From Octopus vulgaris (Eukaryota), in NCBI GenBank assembly GCA_951406725.2, contig OX597825.1:68324001-68388000 (forward strand): a stretch of 64,000 bases of DNA, in the 5' to 3' direction. Each line of letters begins with the position of its first letter. Within the stretch, counting starts at the first letter, position 1. The position numbers and the translations under genes were made by a program. Shown here piece after piece: positions 12,291-23,076 of the stretch. Below the pieces are notes generated by a model that saw only the letters and a list, made by a program, of their open reading frames with translations, had not been told where the DNA came from and searched no databases.

Positions 12291-12533
12291 AGCCATCTTA
12301 TCATGGCTAACCACATTGGGGAGGGGGTGTTACTGTAGCTTTATAGCCCCAAGAGATCTTCGTCTCAAGCTGGCTTTAGACACAATATCAGTGTCCTTGG
12401 AGTATTTGCAAAGGGAGGCCATCCCTTCCTCGCAAGCCTGAGTGATACGCTCGAACTAGTTTCGGGATTGTTGTCCTTCGTCAACAGGCGGTAACCACCA
12501 GGTAGCGATGAAAGTGAAGGCCTCTTTGCAAAT
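12291..12533 (-). mobile_element. probable Penelope-like element terminal-repeat remnant
   Basis: 12291-12396 homologous to the arm of the 22.9 kb fold-back; hammerhead-like motif enclosed by inverted repeat 12404-12420/12519-12533. Confidence 0.45.
12448..12490 (-). ncRNA. degenerate minimal type I hammerhead ribozyme motif (Penelope-like element type)
   Basis: CGCCUG-UUGACGA-AGGA-CAACAA-UCCC-GAAAC-UA-GUU-CGAGCG; two core substitutions versus CUGAnGA-G..C-GAAAC. Confidence 0.5.
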
Positions 12534-14572
12534 TATATATAAGTTTTTCTAATGGCGTCTGCCACTGATGTCGAAAAACGAACAGTACTTCTCACATTTC
12601 TGATTGATTTTTTTTTTAAAACCTATTTCCTGAAACATTTGGCCATGCGACAATATTTCTTATAATTGTTCATTAATAATACGGGAAGAGACGAAAAGAT
12701 TGGCCAAGTGAAATATAGGTTCTAGGATGGCGATGATGGGAGGGAAACTATCAGAGGCATATGTTCTGGATGTGCTCAGTGAGCACTGCACACCCACCAA
12801 AGATAGTAAATTTTCTTTATAATGATGAATTTTGTCCTTACAGTATCGTGATGTAACCTGATTGTAATTTGTTTTCTAATCTAATGACAGACACATATTC
12901 TTAAACAAAGGTCGAGGCCATTTCTTATGTATTGAAAATAGCCTAATGACTATGCTTATAGCTATAGTTTATGAGCAGTAGGTTCAGCATGATGTCATAC
13001 ACACTTGAGTGGACCACTGCTGTCATCATATGCCTCTGGAAAATACCTTAAAGTGAAACGAGCATCTAGATTTAAAGTCATTTAATATGAAACAGGGAAT
13101 TAATTCTTCTCTTGAGCAATATCTACGGTTTTATTTATTTTTCTTGAAACCTTATGAAGTACCTGATGGATGTCAGTAAAGTTTATACATATATATATTA
13201 GGATGTTCCAATTATTAGAATAGTTTACATATCTTTTTATGGTTGTACTTTCTCAAATCATATTTAGTCCAAATTTTTTTTTTTATATTGAAGGGCTTTT
13301 TAAGCCTAAGAAACTCTTTTTTTTTTTTTTTTTTGTATGAGATACTAGCAATTTATTTCTGAGTTCTGGCCCATCCCCATCAGCTGGTACAACAGTCTTC
13401 TTTGTCAGTAAAGGCTCTTCCCTTGCAGCATCTATTTATCATATATCCACAGCCTAAGAAAAGATTGATCATTAGTGAACATTAACAGGAATACATGAGG
13501 CTGGAAAGTGGGCAGCTAGGGGTGGAGGTTTTCCGGCAATCTTGCAGTCCAGTGGCAATGTCCTCTAATTCGTAATGCCATTGGGCTGCATGCTGGACAA
13601 CTCCTAACTAGGGGGGATCTCTTAGGAACAAGTTACTATCATGTGCTTGATGTCAAAATCTTGGTGGCTTGACTTGAGTCATTGCTGCTACTAATATTCT
13701 TTACAGACTTATAAGTGGATGGAATCCTTAACTTGTTCTACTTACTCTGTATTTGTCATGCAGACAACAGTAGATCATTTGTGACAAACTTCTTGGCTTA
13801 GAATAGCAAAAGTTAAAAAATTGTTACTGAAACTATATTAGTGTATAATTTTTTTTTTTTTTTTTACCCATTCAAAATTTAATATTTTAATGTCGCCGAT
13901 CTATGGGGTTGACATGGTTTATCTGCAGTATTTTCATCCTGTCTTTGATTTCTTTGACAGGATGACTTTCCTGTTAGATACTGACCAATATAGGGTATTG
14001 GTAGTAAGTAAAGGATTCCTTAATAAATCCCTTCTCTCCTAGATTTATTCTTCCATATTAACATTTTTGACTGATGGCAACATGTAATGAATAACCTATT
14101 GATTACAAAACCAGTCCTTTTGACCTCAAATTCTCAATTTATAAGCACAGTGTGCATGGTCTGTGCAGTTGTTTATATTTTTAAACACATCCCACTATAA
14201 ATTTTTTTTTTTTTTTTTAAATTGGTATGGCGCTAAGGGAAATAATTATTGTTTCATATTAGTTGAAGGTTTCAAAACATCCCCTGAGCTATTAGCCCTT
14301 TCAACATTTTACTTTAAGAAGCAAAAATTCCATACATTCCATTTCATGGAAATGTCACTAGATAAAAAGCTAAAAAATTTCTTGAAAATTATAATTAAAA
14401 TTGATAAATCTAAGCGCCTTCTCCATAGAGACAAATATAGCATTTAAATACTAAGTGCGTAGAAATTATTTTTAATTAAAAAAAAAAAACTGGTTCTGTA
14501 ATCCTTTATATTTAGACTAACCCTTGATAAATGCTTTATTAGCACTGTGTGTTCATTGCTTTCCTTATTTAG

Positions 14573-14674
<102 letters not shown>

Positions 14675-14784
14675 TAGACCTTAAATTAGCCAGTGAGTTT
14701 TTTTTGTTTTTTTTTCTCCTTTTATTCTTTAAAATGTGTCAGATTTTCAGTTTTGGTTTATGTTAATATATCTGCATACCTTAA

Positions 14785-14946
<162 letters not shown>

Positions 14947-15067
14947 TGACACTGTGTAGTTTAATTGCTGTATCTGTTAGCTGACTGTAAGCAATGCTAA
15001 TTCCATTAAGCATTTTTTTTTTTTTTTACCCCCTTTTCCTAAACACTGTGATATTGTTTTATTGCAG

Positions 15068-15165
15068 GTGGACCTGGTCTGTATGATCCCTGTGAAAAGG
15101 AAGCTACTGATGCTTCAGCTTCATTAACAACTCAAGAAAGAGAAAATATTACTGCTTCAGCTCAG
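15068..15165 (+). CDS. ZFR: ZFR exon (DZF)
   Basis: CAG|..|GTAATT; [33 protein letters not shown]. Confidence 0.97.
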
Positions 15166-15454
15166 GTAATTAACCTTTTTCCTCCTCCCACAGTGAAATA
15201 ATGACACTAGGCACAATCAGTTTGCATTGCACTAAGAGCTGTATCTTTTGGAATTGCATTTTTTTGTGTGCTTATATCAAACCATTTAGCTTCAGTCTTG
15301 GGCTGAGGCCAAAGTCAAACCAACTGAAAAGAGTTCTCATTAATTCCTTAGACAACTAACAGTTTTCTATAGAGAGAGGTTTACTTTGGTAGAGAGATAA
15401 TCCTATCATCATTACATGGAAAATATCTGAAGTGTTACACATAATAAAATATTT

Positions 15455-16390
15455 ATATAAAGGTCCTTAGAGTTAATTTAGCAAAAATCAAAGTTTTAGT
15501 AGGTAGGAAAGAGGACAAATCACAAATCCCTTCAGGTAGATGGCCCTGCTCAATATGTAGAAAAGGTATATGTAGAAACTCCATAAGATGTACCTGGTGC
15601 AAGCTATGGTCACACAAGAGGTGCAGAGGAAGGTTAACAGGAAAATTAGTCTTTGTGTGTGTGGCAGGTGCACAGGTACAATATTACACTAAAAAAATGT
15701 ATAGAAAATAGACTCCACCAAATGCCAGGTGGGATAGTTGATAGCTTCTGTTATCTAGGTGACCAAGTCAGCAGTGGAGGTGGATGCTCTAAGAGCATAG
15801 CTGCCAGGATAAGAGAGCTCCTACCTTTGTTGGTAACTAAAAGGTAGATTGTATGATGCCTGTATGTAAACAGCCTGCCACACCGCAGTGAAACGTGGGC
15901 TGTGACCACTGAGGATATGTGTAGGCTTGAAAGAAATGAAGCTAGTATGCTTTCCTGGATGTGCAATGTCAGAGTGCATGTACAACAGAATATAAGCGTC
16001 TTAAGAGAAAAGTTGGGCATAAAAGGCATCAGATGTGTGCAAGAGAGACAACTGCACTAGTGTGGCCATGTGATGCATATGGATGAGGACAGCTGTGTAA
16101 AGAAGTGTCAGTCTCTAACTGTGGAGGGAACCTGTGGAAGAGGTAGACCCAGGAAGACATGGGACGAAGTGGGGAAGCAATATCTTCAAACATTGGGCCT
16201 CACAGAGGTGATGATAAGTGACCAAGACCTTCGGCAGTATGCTGTGCTTGAGAAGACACATCAAGCCAAATGAAATCATAGTCGTGGCCAATGCTAGTGT
16301 CACGCAACTGGCATGTAAAAGCATGATGCTGTCCTTTGACTCATCTGTTCCTGTTGAACTATCCAACTCATGCTAGCACAGAAGATGAAT
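15455..16390 (+). mobile_element. decayed RTE-clade LINE 3' part
   Basis: GLRVNLAKIK..VDSFCYLGDQVSSGGG..GRGRPRKTWDEV with stops and frameshifts. Confidence 0.85.
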
Positions 16391-16864
16391 AATCAAATGA
16401 TGGTATAGATGAAAACAGATTGGCAATATCATTAGAGCATTGGACCAGATAGCTTGCAGTGTCTGTTCTGGCTCTTTGTGTGTGTTTTCCTTTCTCTCTA
16501 TAGCTGCCAACCAGACATAAAGTAATTTTAATATACTTGTTTTCTGTCATATTACAGTTTCGACTGGGTGCATTTTATGGTTACCACAAACACTTGAATA
16601 TAGGACTCTGTATTCAGTTACTGCACCCAGACAGATTTCCTTTGCATTGACACAGTTCTAAATTTTCTTACAGTGGCACTTTCATTGCTATAGGGAATGA
16701 AAGTTGGTCTCCAAGCTATAAAGTGGGCGTGCATAAGGAGATGGGGTCTAGTTGCCAAGGGAGCTTGCAGTGTTAGCTTAAGACAGTTTGGAATTATATA
16801 CAAATTCATTCAAATATTTTTGAAAATACTGTGATTCATTTAAAATGAATTTGCATTTATGTAA

Positions 16865-17041
<177 letters not shown>

Positions 17042-17801
17042 TAATTCACTGAATTTTGTTCTACTCATAGCATTTAAGCTTTGTGTGTTTACATTATCCC
17101 TCTTTCTCTTGCACTTCCCTAAGGCTGGGTAACCATGTATTTCCTCTACAGCACCACACCTGTTTCTGTCCTCATTCTTGATCTCTCTGTCACACTCTAA
17201 CCTTTCATCATTCGGCACAAGATCCCCTCCTTCTATGCCCTCTCCCCTCAAAGGATTTTTGTCTTGCAAGTTACTTTGTGACCCTGCCAGTTGTGGTGTC
17301 ATGTAAAAAGTATCCAGTCCACACTGTAAAGTGGTTGGCATGTGGAAGGGCTTCCAGCAGTAAAAGCCATGCCAAACCTGACCTCGCCTGTGCTCATGCT
17401 ATGTAAAAAGCACTCAGTCCACTCTGCAGCAGGGTGGTCAGTGTTAGGAAGGGTATCCAGCCAAAGAACCCATGCCAAAACAGATATGAGTATGGTCCTG
17501 GCATGGGTTGGGCAGCTCGACTGGAGTCAAGCTGCCCAACCCATGCCAGCATGGCAAACAGATGTTAATGATGATAGTGTTTGTGTGTGTATTTTGATAT
17601 AGGGATCAGTTTACAGTTGTAATAAACTTAGTCTGTTGTCAGTGAAGTTGATTACCCACTGATGAATACACATGATTATGAAAGGTGAAAACAATTAATT
17701 CTTGCCAAGTAAATAATCATTGCAGTCAACTAGTCAGATGTGTTTTGAATAAAATCAAATTTTATTTTGTTTACTGATAACATGTTCAAATGTTTACTTA
17801 A

Positions 17802-18020
17802 ACCCTTTAGCATTTCAACTGACCGTTTCCAGCCCAAATATTCTACCCATTTTATGTTCAAACTGGCCAGATCCAGCCTCTCGTATTTACCCTATAATGT
17901 CATTCTGAAAGTAAACAATCACATCATCAAAATCTTAAGGCTGTGGGATACTGCATGGCCAATTCAAAGCGATGTGAATAAATTAGCATTATATTTGACA
18001 GTAATCTCAATATTAAAGGG
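17802..18020. mobile_element. second piggyBac-like MITE family (CCCTTTAGCATT ends)
   Basis: related copies near 1453-1588, 4449-5020, 37721-38127, 46233-46423. Confidence 0.7.
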
Positions 18021-18179
18021 TTAGGGGATAAGATGTACCAGTATAATGTTATTACTATGAAAATCTAGCTTCAAAGTTACCAGTAGCATTTTGGAAGGAA
18101 CATAGTAATTATTTGGAATTTTGATACCATTACCACTTGAGATTTGGTGGGAGATGATATAAAATATAAAACTATATTC

Positions 18180-18505
18180 CTGGCTTCCGTGTCGGTGGCA
18201 CGTAAAAAGCACCATTCGAATCGTGGCCGAAGCCAGTGCCACTCGACTGGCTTCCGTGCAGGTGGCATGTAAAATGCACCAATCCGACCGTGGCCGATGC
18301 CAGCCTCGCCTGGCACCAGTGCAGGTGGCACGTAAAAAGCACCCACTACACTCACGGAGTGGTTGGCGTTAGGAAGGGCATCCAGCTGTAGAAACATTGC
18401 CAGATAAGACCGGAGCCTGGTGCAGCCTTCTGGCTTCCCAGACCCCCGGTCGAACCGTCCAACCCATGCTAGCATGGAGAACGGATGTTAAACGATGATG
18501 ATAAT
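18180..18505 (+). mobile_element. repeat family C: RTE-associated 3' end with (GAT)n tail
   Basis: AGGAAGGGCATCCAGCTGTAGAAAC core; copies at ~4483-4830(-), 5230-5475, 17260-17575, 23322-23524(-), 24600-25185, 34935-35200(-), 43060-43425, 48595-49005(-), 54325-54710(-), 59420-59630; follows RTE ORF ends at 28.5 and 40.4 kb. Confidence 0.8.
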
Positions 18506-18653
18506 GATATATAGGTAGGTAGCAATTTGTTGGTGTAAATTTTAAAGTTTCATCAGAAATTGATATCCAGAATGTATAAAGTAACTGCACGAATCTTTTG
18601 TTTATTGTTTCAAATTATCTTTATATTTTATTGAAATTTTTATTTTTTTTCAG

Positions 18654-18718
18654 CTGGCGGAGAGAAGAAAGATAAGAGAGAAAGTGATGGAGACCTAAAT
18701 CAGGAAATGACTGATTAG
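18654..18718 (+). CDS. ZFR: ZFR last coding exon
   Basis: long T tract CAG|; AGGEKKDKRESDGDLNQEMTD then TAG at 18716-18718; KKDK resembles the ZFR C-terminus. Confidence 0.9.
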
Positions 18719-20705
18719 TTCCACATTAGACATTCTAATCCATTCCTGCTTTCCACATAATTCTCTTCTGCTTATTCTTATTCATTTTTTTTTTTCTTTT
18801 ACTTTTATTTTCTCCCTTTTTTTTTTCTTTTTATGAATTCTTAAAAACCTTTCATGCCAGTAGATTCTGCTTTTAATACATTTTGACTGTTGAAGTCACT
18901 CACCTAATTAAAAAGAATTCTTTCTATGCAGTCAACACTCCTGCTGTTTTCTTTCTTTTTATCATGTTCTTTGTTCTATTTAGATTTCAATACCAATAAG
19001 CAAGCAGCCGGTGTTTCTCTAATGTTTATTTGGTTATTGGTACGCCTCCTGTTGTGGTGTGTCCACTTTTTGACTATCCCTCTATTCAACACTTACAATC
19101 AGCTGACACCCATGTTTGTGAGATAACAACAGAACCAATCTCCTCTGTACATAATTTCATGTCACATATCTGGAGTGGGGCAATGGTTGGAAGCACTGCA
19201 ACCCTTATCGCTATCACACTCCTTTCACTGATCACTCCTTCTGAATTTTATTTCAAATATTTCACTACATTAGGATTTAAAAGATAAAAGAAATATTCAT
19301 TTCTTACTTCAAACATATCAGTTAGATGATATCTGGGGTTTATTTTGTTGTTTTGTTTGTCTTGGTATTTTAAAATAATTAAAAATGTTTTGAAGTTTTT
19401 CAATAGTACATAAAATTTTCTGTATTAAAAGTCTTTTGATCTGAGTTAAACTGTTATACTGCTAAAACCAGTTCAGGTGTTATTTTCTAAGAAATCCCAT
19501 TGTCCACACTATCTGTTCTTCTCCCTTTCTTCATAGGTTTCATTTATTTACATTGTAACTTATCCAACATTTAAAAAAAATATTTTAAGACTCATTTCAA
19601 GGGTTGTTTAATAATGTAGAAGCATTATTAAATGCTAGAAGCTGACCCTTTCGCAGCTATAATAATAGCTGGCAGTTTTTTGTTTTGGTTAACTTTGTAT
19701 TTGCAACTTGGGCTAGTTGCATTGTCTTTGATAGAGGTTGGGTGCTAGAGTAGATGTTATTCTGAATAGTGGGGTTTAGACAGCTTTGCTTGTCGACACT
19801 GCAAGCTGCTCTGAAGAAAAGGCACTCTGTGGGAGTCTGATTTCCAAACAGTTATATTTTAAATGGTATTAACTCCTTGTTGCCACTATCTGCACCTAAA
19901 TATTTATTCTAGAATTAAAAGCTAAAAACTTTGTCTCACTGACATTTCAGAACAAAAGCTCTCCCAGCTTTTGTTCTGGTGACAAAATATCAGCGTAATG
20001 TGTTTAGAAAAAAAAAGTTCACTGATGTTTTTATTGATACCATTTGTAATTATCTTGGGGTTTTGAAAGTCTTCAGACTGCAAGAAAACAAGATTTCTCT
20101 TATATTGCAAAAAAGAAAGATTTTTTTTTTTTCCTTTTGGAAAAAAAAAAAACAAACAAAAATCAATATTTTTGTTTCTTCTGTATTCTTAAATATTTTA
20201 AAATTGCCAGCTTTATATAGAAAAACAAATACCCAATGCAACAGACATCTACACACAAGTTTTCCTATTCTAGTGCCCTCTGAGAAGGCAACCCCTACCC
20301 CCTAATCTCAATCAGTTAGTAGCATAGTCTTGAAAATGATACCTTTTCAACGAAATTTCTACAACTTAACCCTTGGCTTTAAAAATTGTTTTAGAAGCAC
20401 CAAATATAGTTTACATGGTCATGCGATTGAATTCCTTGGCCCTATTTTTCTACAACAGATCGCTATTTAGTTTTGCTAAATAGTGATAACACACCCCCTA
20501 TGAACTTGCTAATTAGTTGTCTTTCAAAATCTACCTGAAAGTAAATGATAGTGCATTGTGAAAAAACAACAAAAAAAAAATAAAGCAAAACAAAAAAAAT
20601 TTACTGTGTACACTACTAGCTTGTAATCTCAACTAATATTTGATTGTATAAAATACTTGAAACTCCCCACCTCCAAACCACACCCTCTACCAAAACAACA
20701 CAAGT

Positions 20706-21002
20706 TATATGTATGTGTGTGTGTGTGTGTATATATATACACACACACACATGTATCTGTGTGAATGTGTGTATACATACATATTGGTATGTGTACATTG
20801 TGTGCGTGTATATTATATATACATGTGTACATATATATATTATATATACGTATATGTATATACATATATATATACATTATATATATATGTGTATATATAT
20901 ACATGTGTGTATATATGTATAATATATATATACACGTGTGTATATACATTATATATACATTATATATACATGTGTGTGTATATATACATTATATATATAT
21001 GT
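20706..21002. repeat. compound (TA/TG/CA)n microsatellite in ZFR 3' UTR
   Basis: alternating purine-pyrimidine low complexity. Confidence 0.9.
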
Positions 21003-21327
21003 AGAATTATGCATCAGCTTATGCCAGAAGCTGACCCTTTCGCAGCTATATTTTCTCCCTTTTACCTTTCTATTTTTGTTGGAAATATGAATATATAAAT
21101 ATATTTTAATGTGTGGTTATGACTTTTTCAGTAAATTGTTTCGTTTTGCTTTTTTTCCCCTCCCATTCAATGTAGTGTCACCTGAGATTTTAGGGATTTC
21201 TTTTTTTTTAAGGAAATTATAGAGACTTACACATTAGTTTTTTTTGTTGGTTTTTCTTTTTTTTTTTTTAAAGAAAAAAAAAAAGAATTTCTCTCATTTA
21301 TTGAATATTGAATGTATTTTAAGCAGA

Positions 21328-21333
21328 AATAAA
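21328..21333 (+). terminator. candidate ZFR polyadenylation signal AATAAA
   Basis: AATAAA followed by T/GT-rich sequence. Confidence 0.55.
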
Positions 21334-21489
21334 CTTAGTTTGTTGAACATAGATGTTTTCATTATTTAATCCATCTGCATGTGTGACTTTTAAATGTGAT
21401 TTCTTGGTTAAATCTTATTACCAACAACTCAAATTTTTAAGAAATTGGTTGATGCCTAAAACCAGGTTTGTAGTAAATTTCCTCTAAAA

Positions 21490-22036
21490 CAGGGATTCTC
21501 AACCATTTTTTACCCATGGACCACTTTAACCCTTTTCTTACCAGCTCTGGCTCTGTTGTACAGATGTCTTATTTTCATAAGTTTTGAATTAAAATCTTCC
21601 ACCAAACCTTAGTCACAATTTATGTTCCTAACACTAGCTGAATGATAACTAAGTTATTTTACTAAATTCTTTGTTATAAAGTAACTGAAAGAAACACACA
21701 GCATCTCAAAATAAATACAGTCAGTAACGAAAGGGTTAATTACTATTATATTCTGGTGGATCCTGTAGCCATTCGATGTTTAAAAGTTTTATAGAATCTT
21801 CTTTCAGAATTCCTATTTTGTTTTTCACACATTCACTTGTGTAGGTTGAACTACGTGAAATGTTTGAGAAAGAAGCCTTGCTGTGTCTTGCAATACATAC
21901 ATCTAAAGTAGAATTTTTTTCAAGGGCTCTTAAAATACTATTGTGGATTCCCAATTTACTCTTTTATTGCATGGACCCCCAAAAATCTTATAGGGTCTCT
22001 CTCAGGGGCCATATGGACTCCTGTTGTAAACCCCTA
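21490..22036. mobile_element. hAT MITE with nested TTAA MITE (21530-21735)
   Basis: CAGGG.. ends; 8-bp TSD CTCTAAAA/CTCTAAAT. Confidence 0.8.
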
Positions 22037-22149
22037 CTCTAAATCATTATCTTCAGTGACCTCACAACTATCTATCTCTAGTGTATGTATTTACTGTTAC
22101 TTATTTCATCATTTGACTGCGGCAATGTTGGAGCACCGCTTTTAGTTTC

Positions 22150-22445
22150 CATAAGCGGAAAGTTTAACCTCTCAAAAGAGCTGTTCTTCACTCCTGCTCC
22201 AGAGCATCGGCTGCGGAGTCACTCCGAAAAGCTCTATCAAAGAAGAGGGGCTTTCTCCATCCGGGTTGCGGATCTGTGGAATAAGCTGCCGGACAAGATA
22301 GTGAAGATGCCGACGACCGCTCGGTTCAAAGTCTCTCTTGACCAGAAATGGCCTGAACTCTTTGCATGAACACCCTCCCTGTACATAACTCCATGTCCCC
22401 CTACATGGCTTTGCTTTTTGAGCCAAAAAATTAACTTAACTTAAA
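22150..22445 (+). mobile_element. CR1-group LINE 3' fragment inserted in a SINE A
   Basis: LRSHSEKLY..FSIRVADLWNKLP..FKVSLD; (TTAAC)n tail. Confidence 0.75.
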
Positions 22446-22679
22446 TCGACCCCAGGACTTTTCTTGGTAAGCCTAGTACTTATTCTATCGGTCTCTCTTG
22501 CCGAACTGCTAAGTACGGTACAGTTTCCATCTACCAAATTTCATAAGGCATTAGTTAACCTATGGCTATAACAAGACACTAGGTCAAGGTGCCGTGTAGT
22601 GGAATTGAACTTGAAACTTCTTAACCAAACATACAAAGAAATCTGAAGGAAAATGGAAAAAGGTTCAATTTTAGACCAG

Positions 22680-22729
22680 TTTATTAGCAGAAAAAAAAAT
22701 TACACAATCTAAGTAGAGATTGGTTTATT
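22680..22729 (-). terminator. two candidate SRM polyadenylation signals (AATAAA at 22729-22724 and 22685-22680)
   Basis: TTTATT on + strand ~85 and ~130 nt past the SRM stop. Confidence 0.55.
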
Positions 22730-22812
22730 GAATATATATTTTCCAGATGAGACAACTTTTTTTTTTCTCCATGTAATGAATATGACCATTCCAAAAAGGA
22801 CTGTCTTTACAA

Positions 22813-22827
22813 TCACTGCGACAATGC
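22813..22827 (-). CDS. SRM: spermidine synthase last coding exon (ALSQ*)
   Basis: TTTATTTCCAG|GCA TTG TCG CAG TGA; parallels the short terminal exon (ALNDVS*) of human SRM as recalled. Confidence 0.82.
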   Translation of the reverse strand, partial: ALSQ

Positions 22828-22871
22828 CTGGAAATAAACAGATTCATTAATAAATAATAAAAGAAATATAG

Positions 22872-23076
22872 GTGAGGTATATTTGCCATCTCAATATGGC
22901 TAACCACTAAGGGTAGGTGTTGCTGTAGCTTGTAGCCCCAGGAGAACATCTCCTCCAGCTGGTTATAGACACACTTTCTGTGCCCTATCTATAGCCAGCT
23001 GGAGATGTTCTCCTGGGGCTACAAGCTACAGTAACACCCACCCTTTAGCCATATTGAGATGGCAAATATACCTCAC
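22872..23076. repeat. 205-nt near-perfect fold-back (inverted duplication), flanked by 15-bp direct repeats
   Basis: GTGAGGTATATTTGCCATCTCAATATGGCTAA ... TTAGCCATATTGAGATGGCAAATATACCTCAC; TAAAAGAAATATAGG at 22858-22872 and 23122-23136. Confidence 0.9.

Larger units (their letters stand above)
18719..21355 (+). other. ZFR: probable ZFR 3' UTR (~2.6 kb)
   Basis: SINE-free U-rich stretch from the stop to an AATAAA, after which transposons resume; end not verified. Confidence 0.6.

Noticed and set aside
12772-12786. IRE-like hairpin GTGCT-CAGTG-AGCAC
   Set aside because: Five-nt loop, no bulged C, and intronic location.
12822-12861. Box C (ATGATGA) and box D (CTGA) pair resembling a C/D snoRNA
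   Set aside because: Only ~40 nt, poor kink-turn geometry and no recognisable guide.
13060-13070. 11-nt complement to the KWFQ exon (possible editing-complementary sequence)
   Set aside because: Too short and not extendable; could arise by chance in 9 kb of intron.
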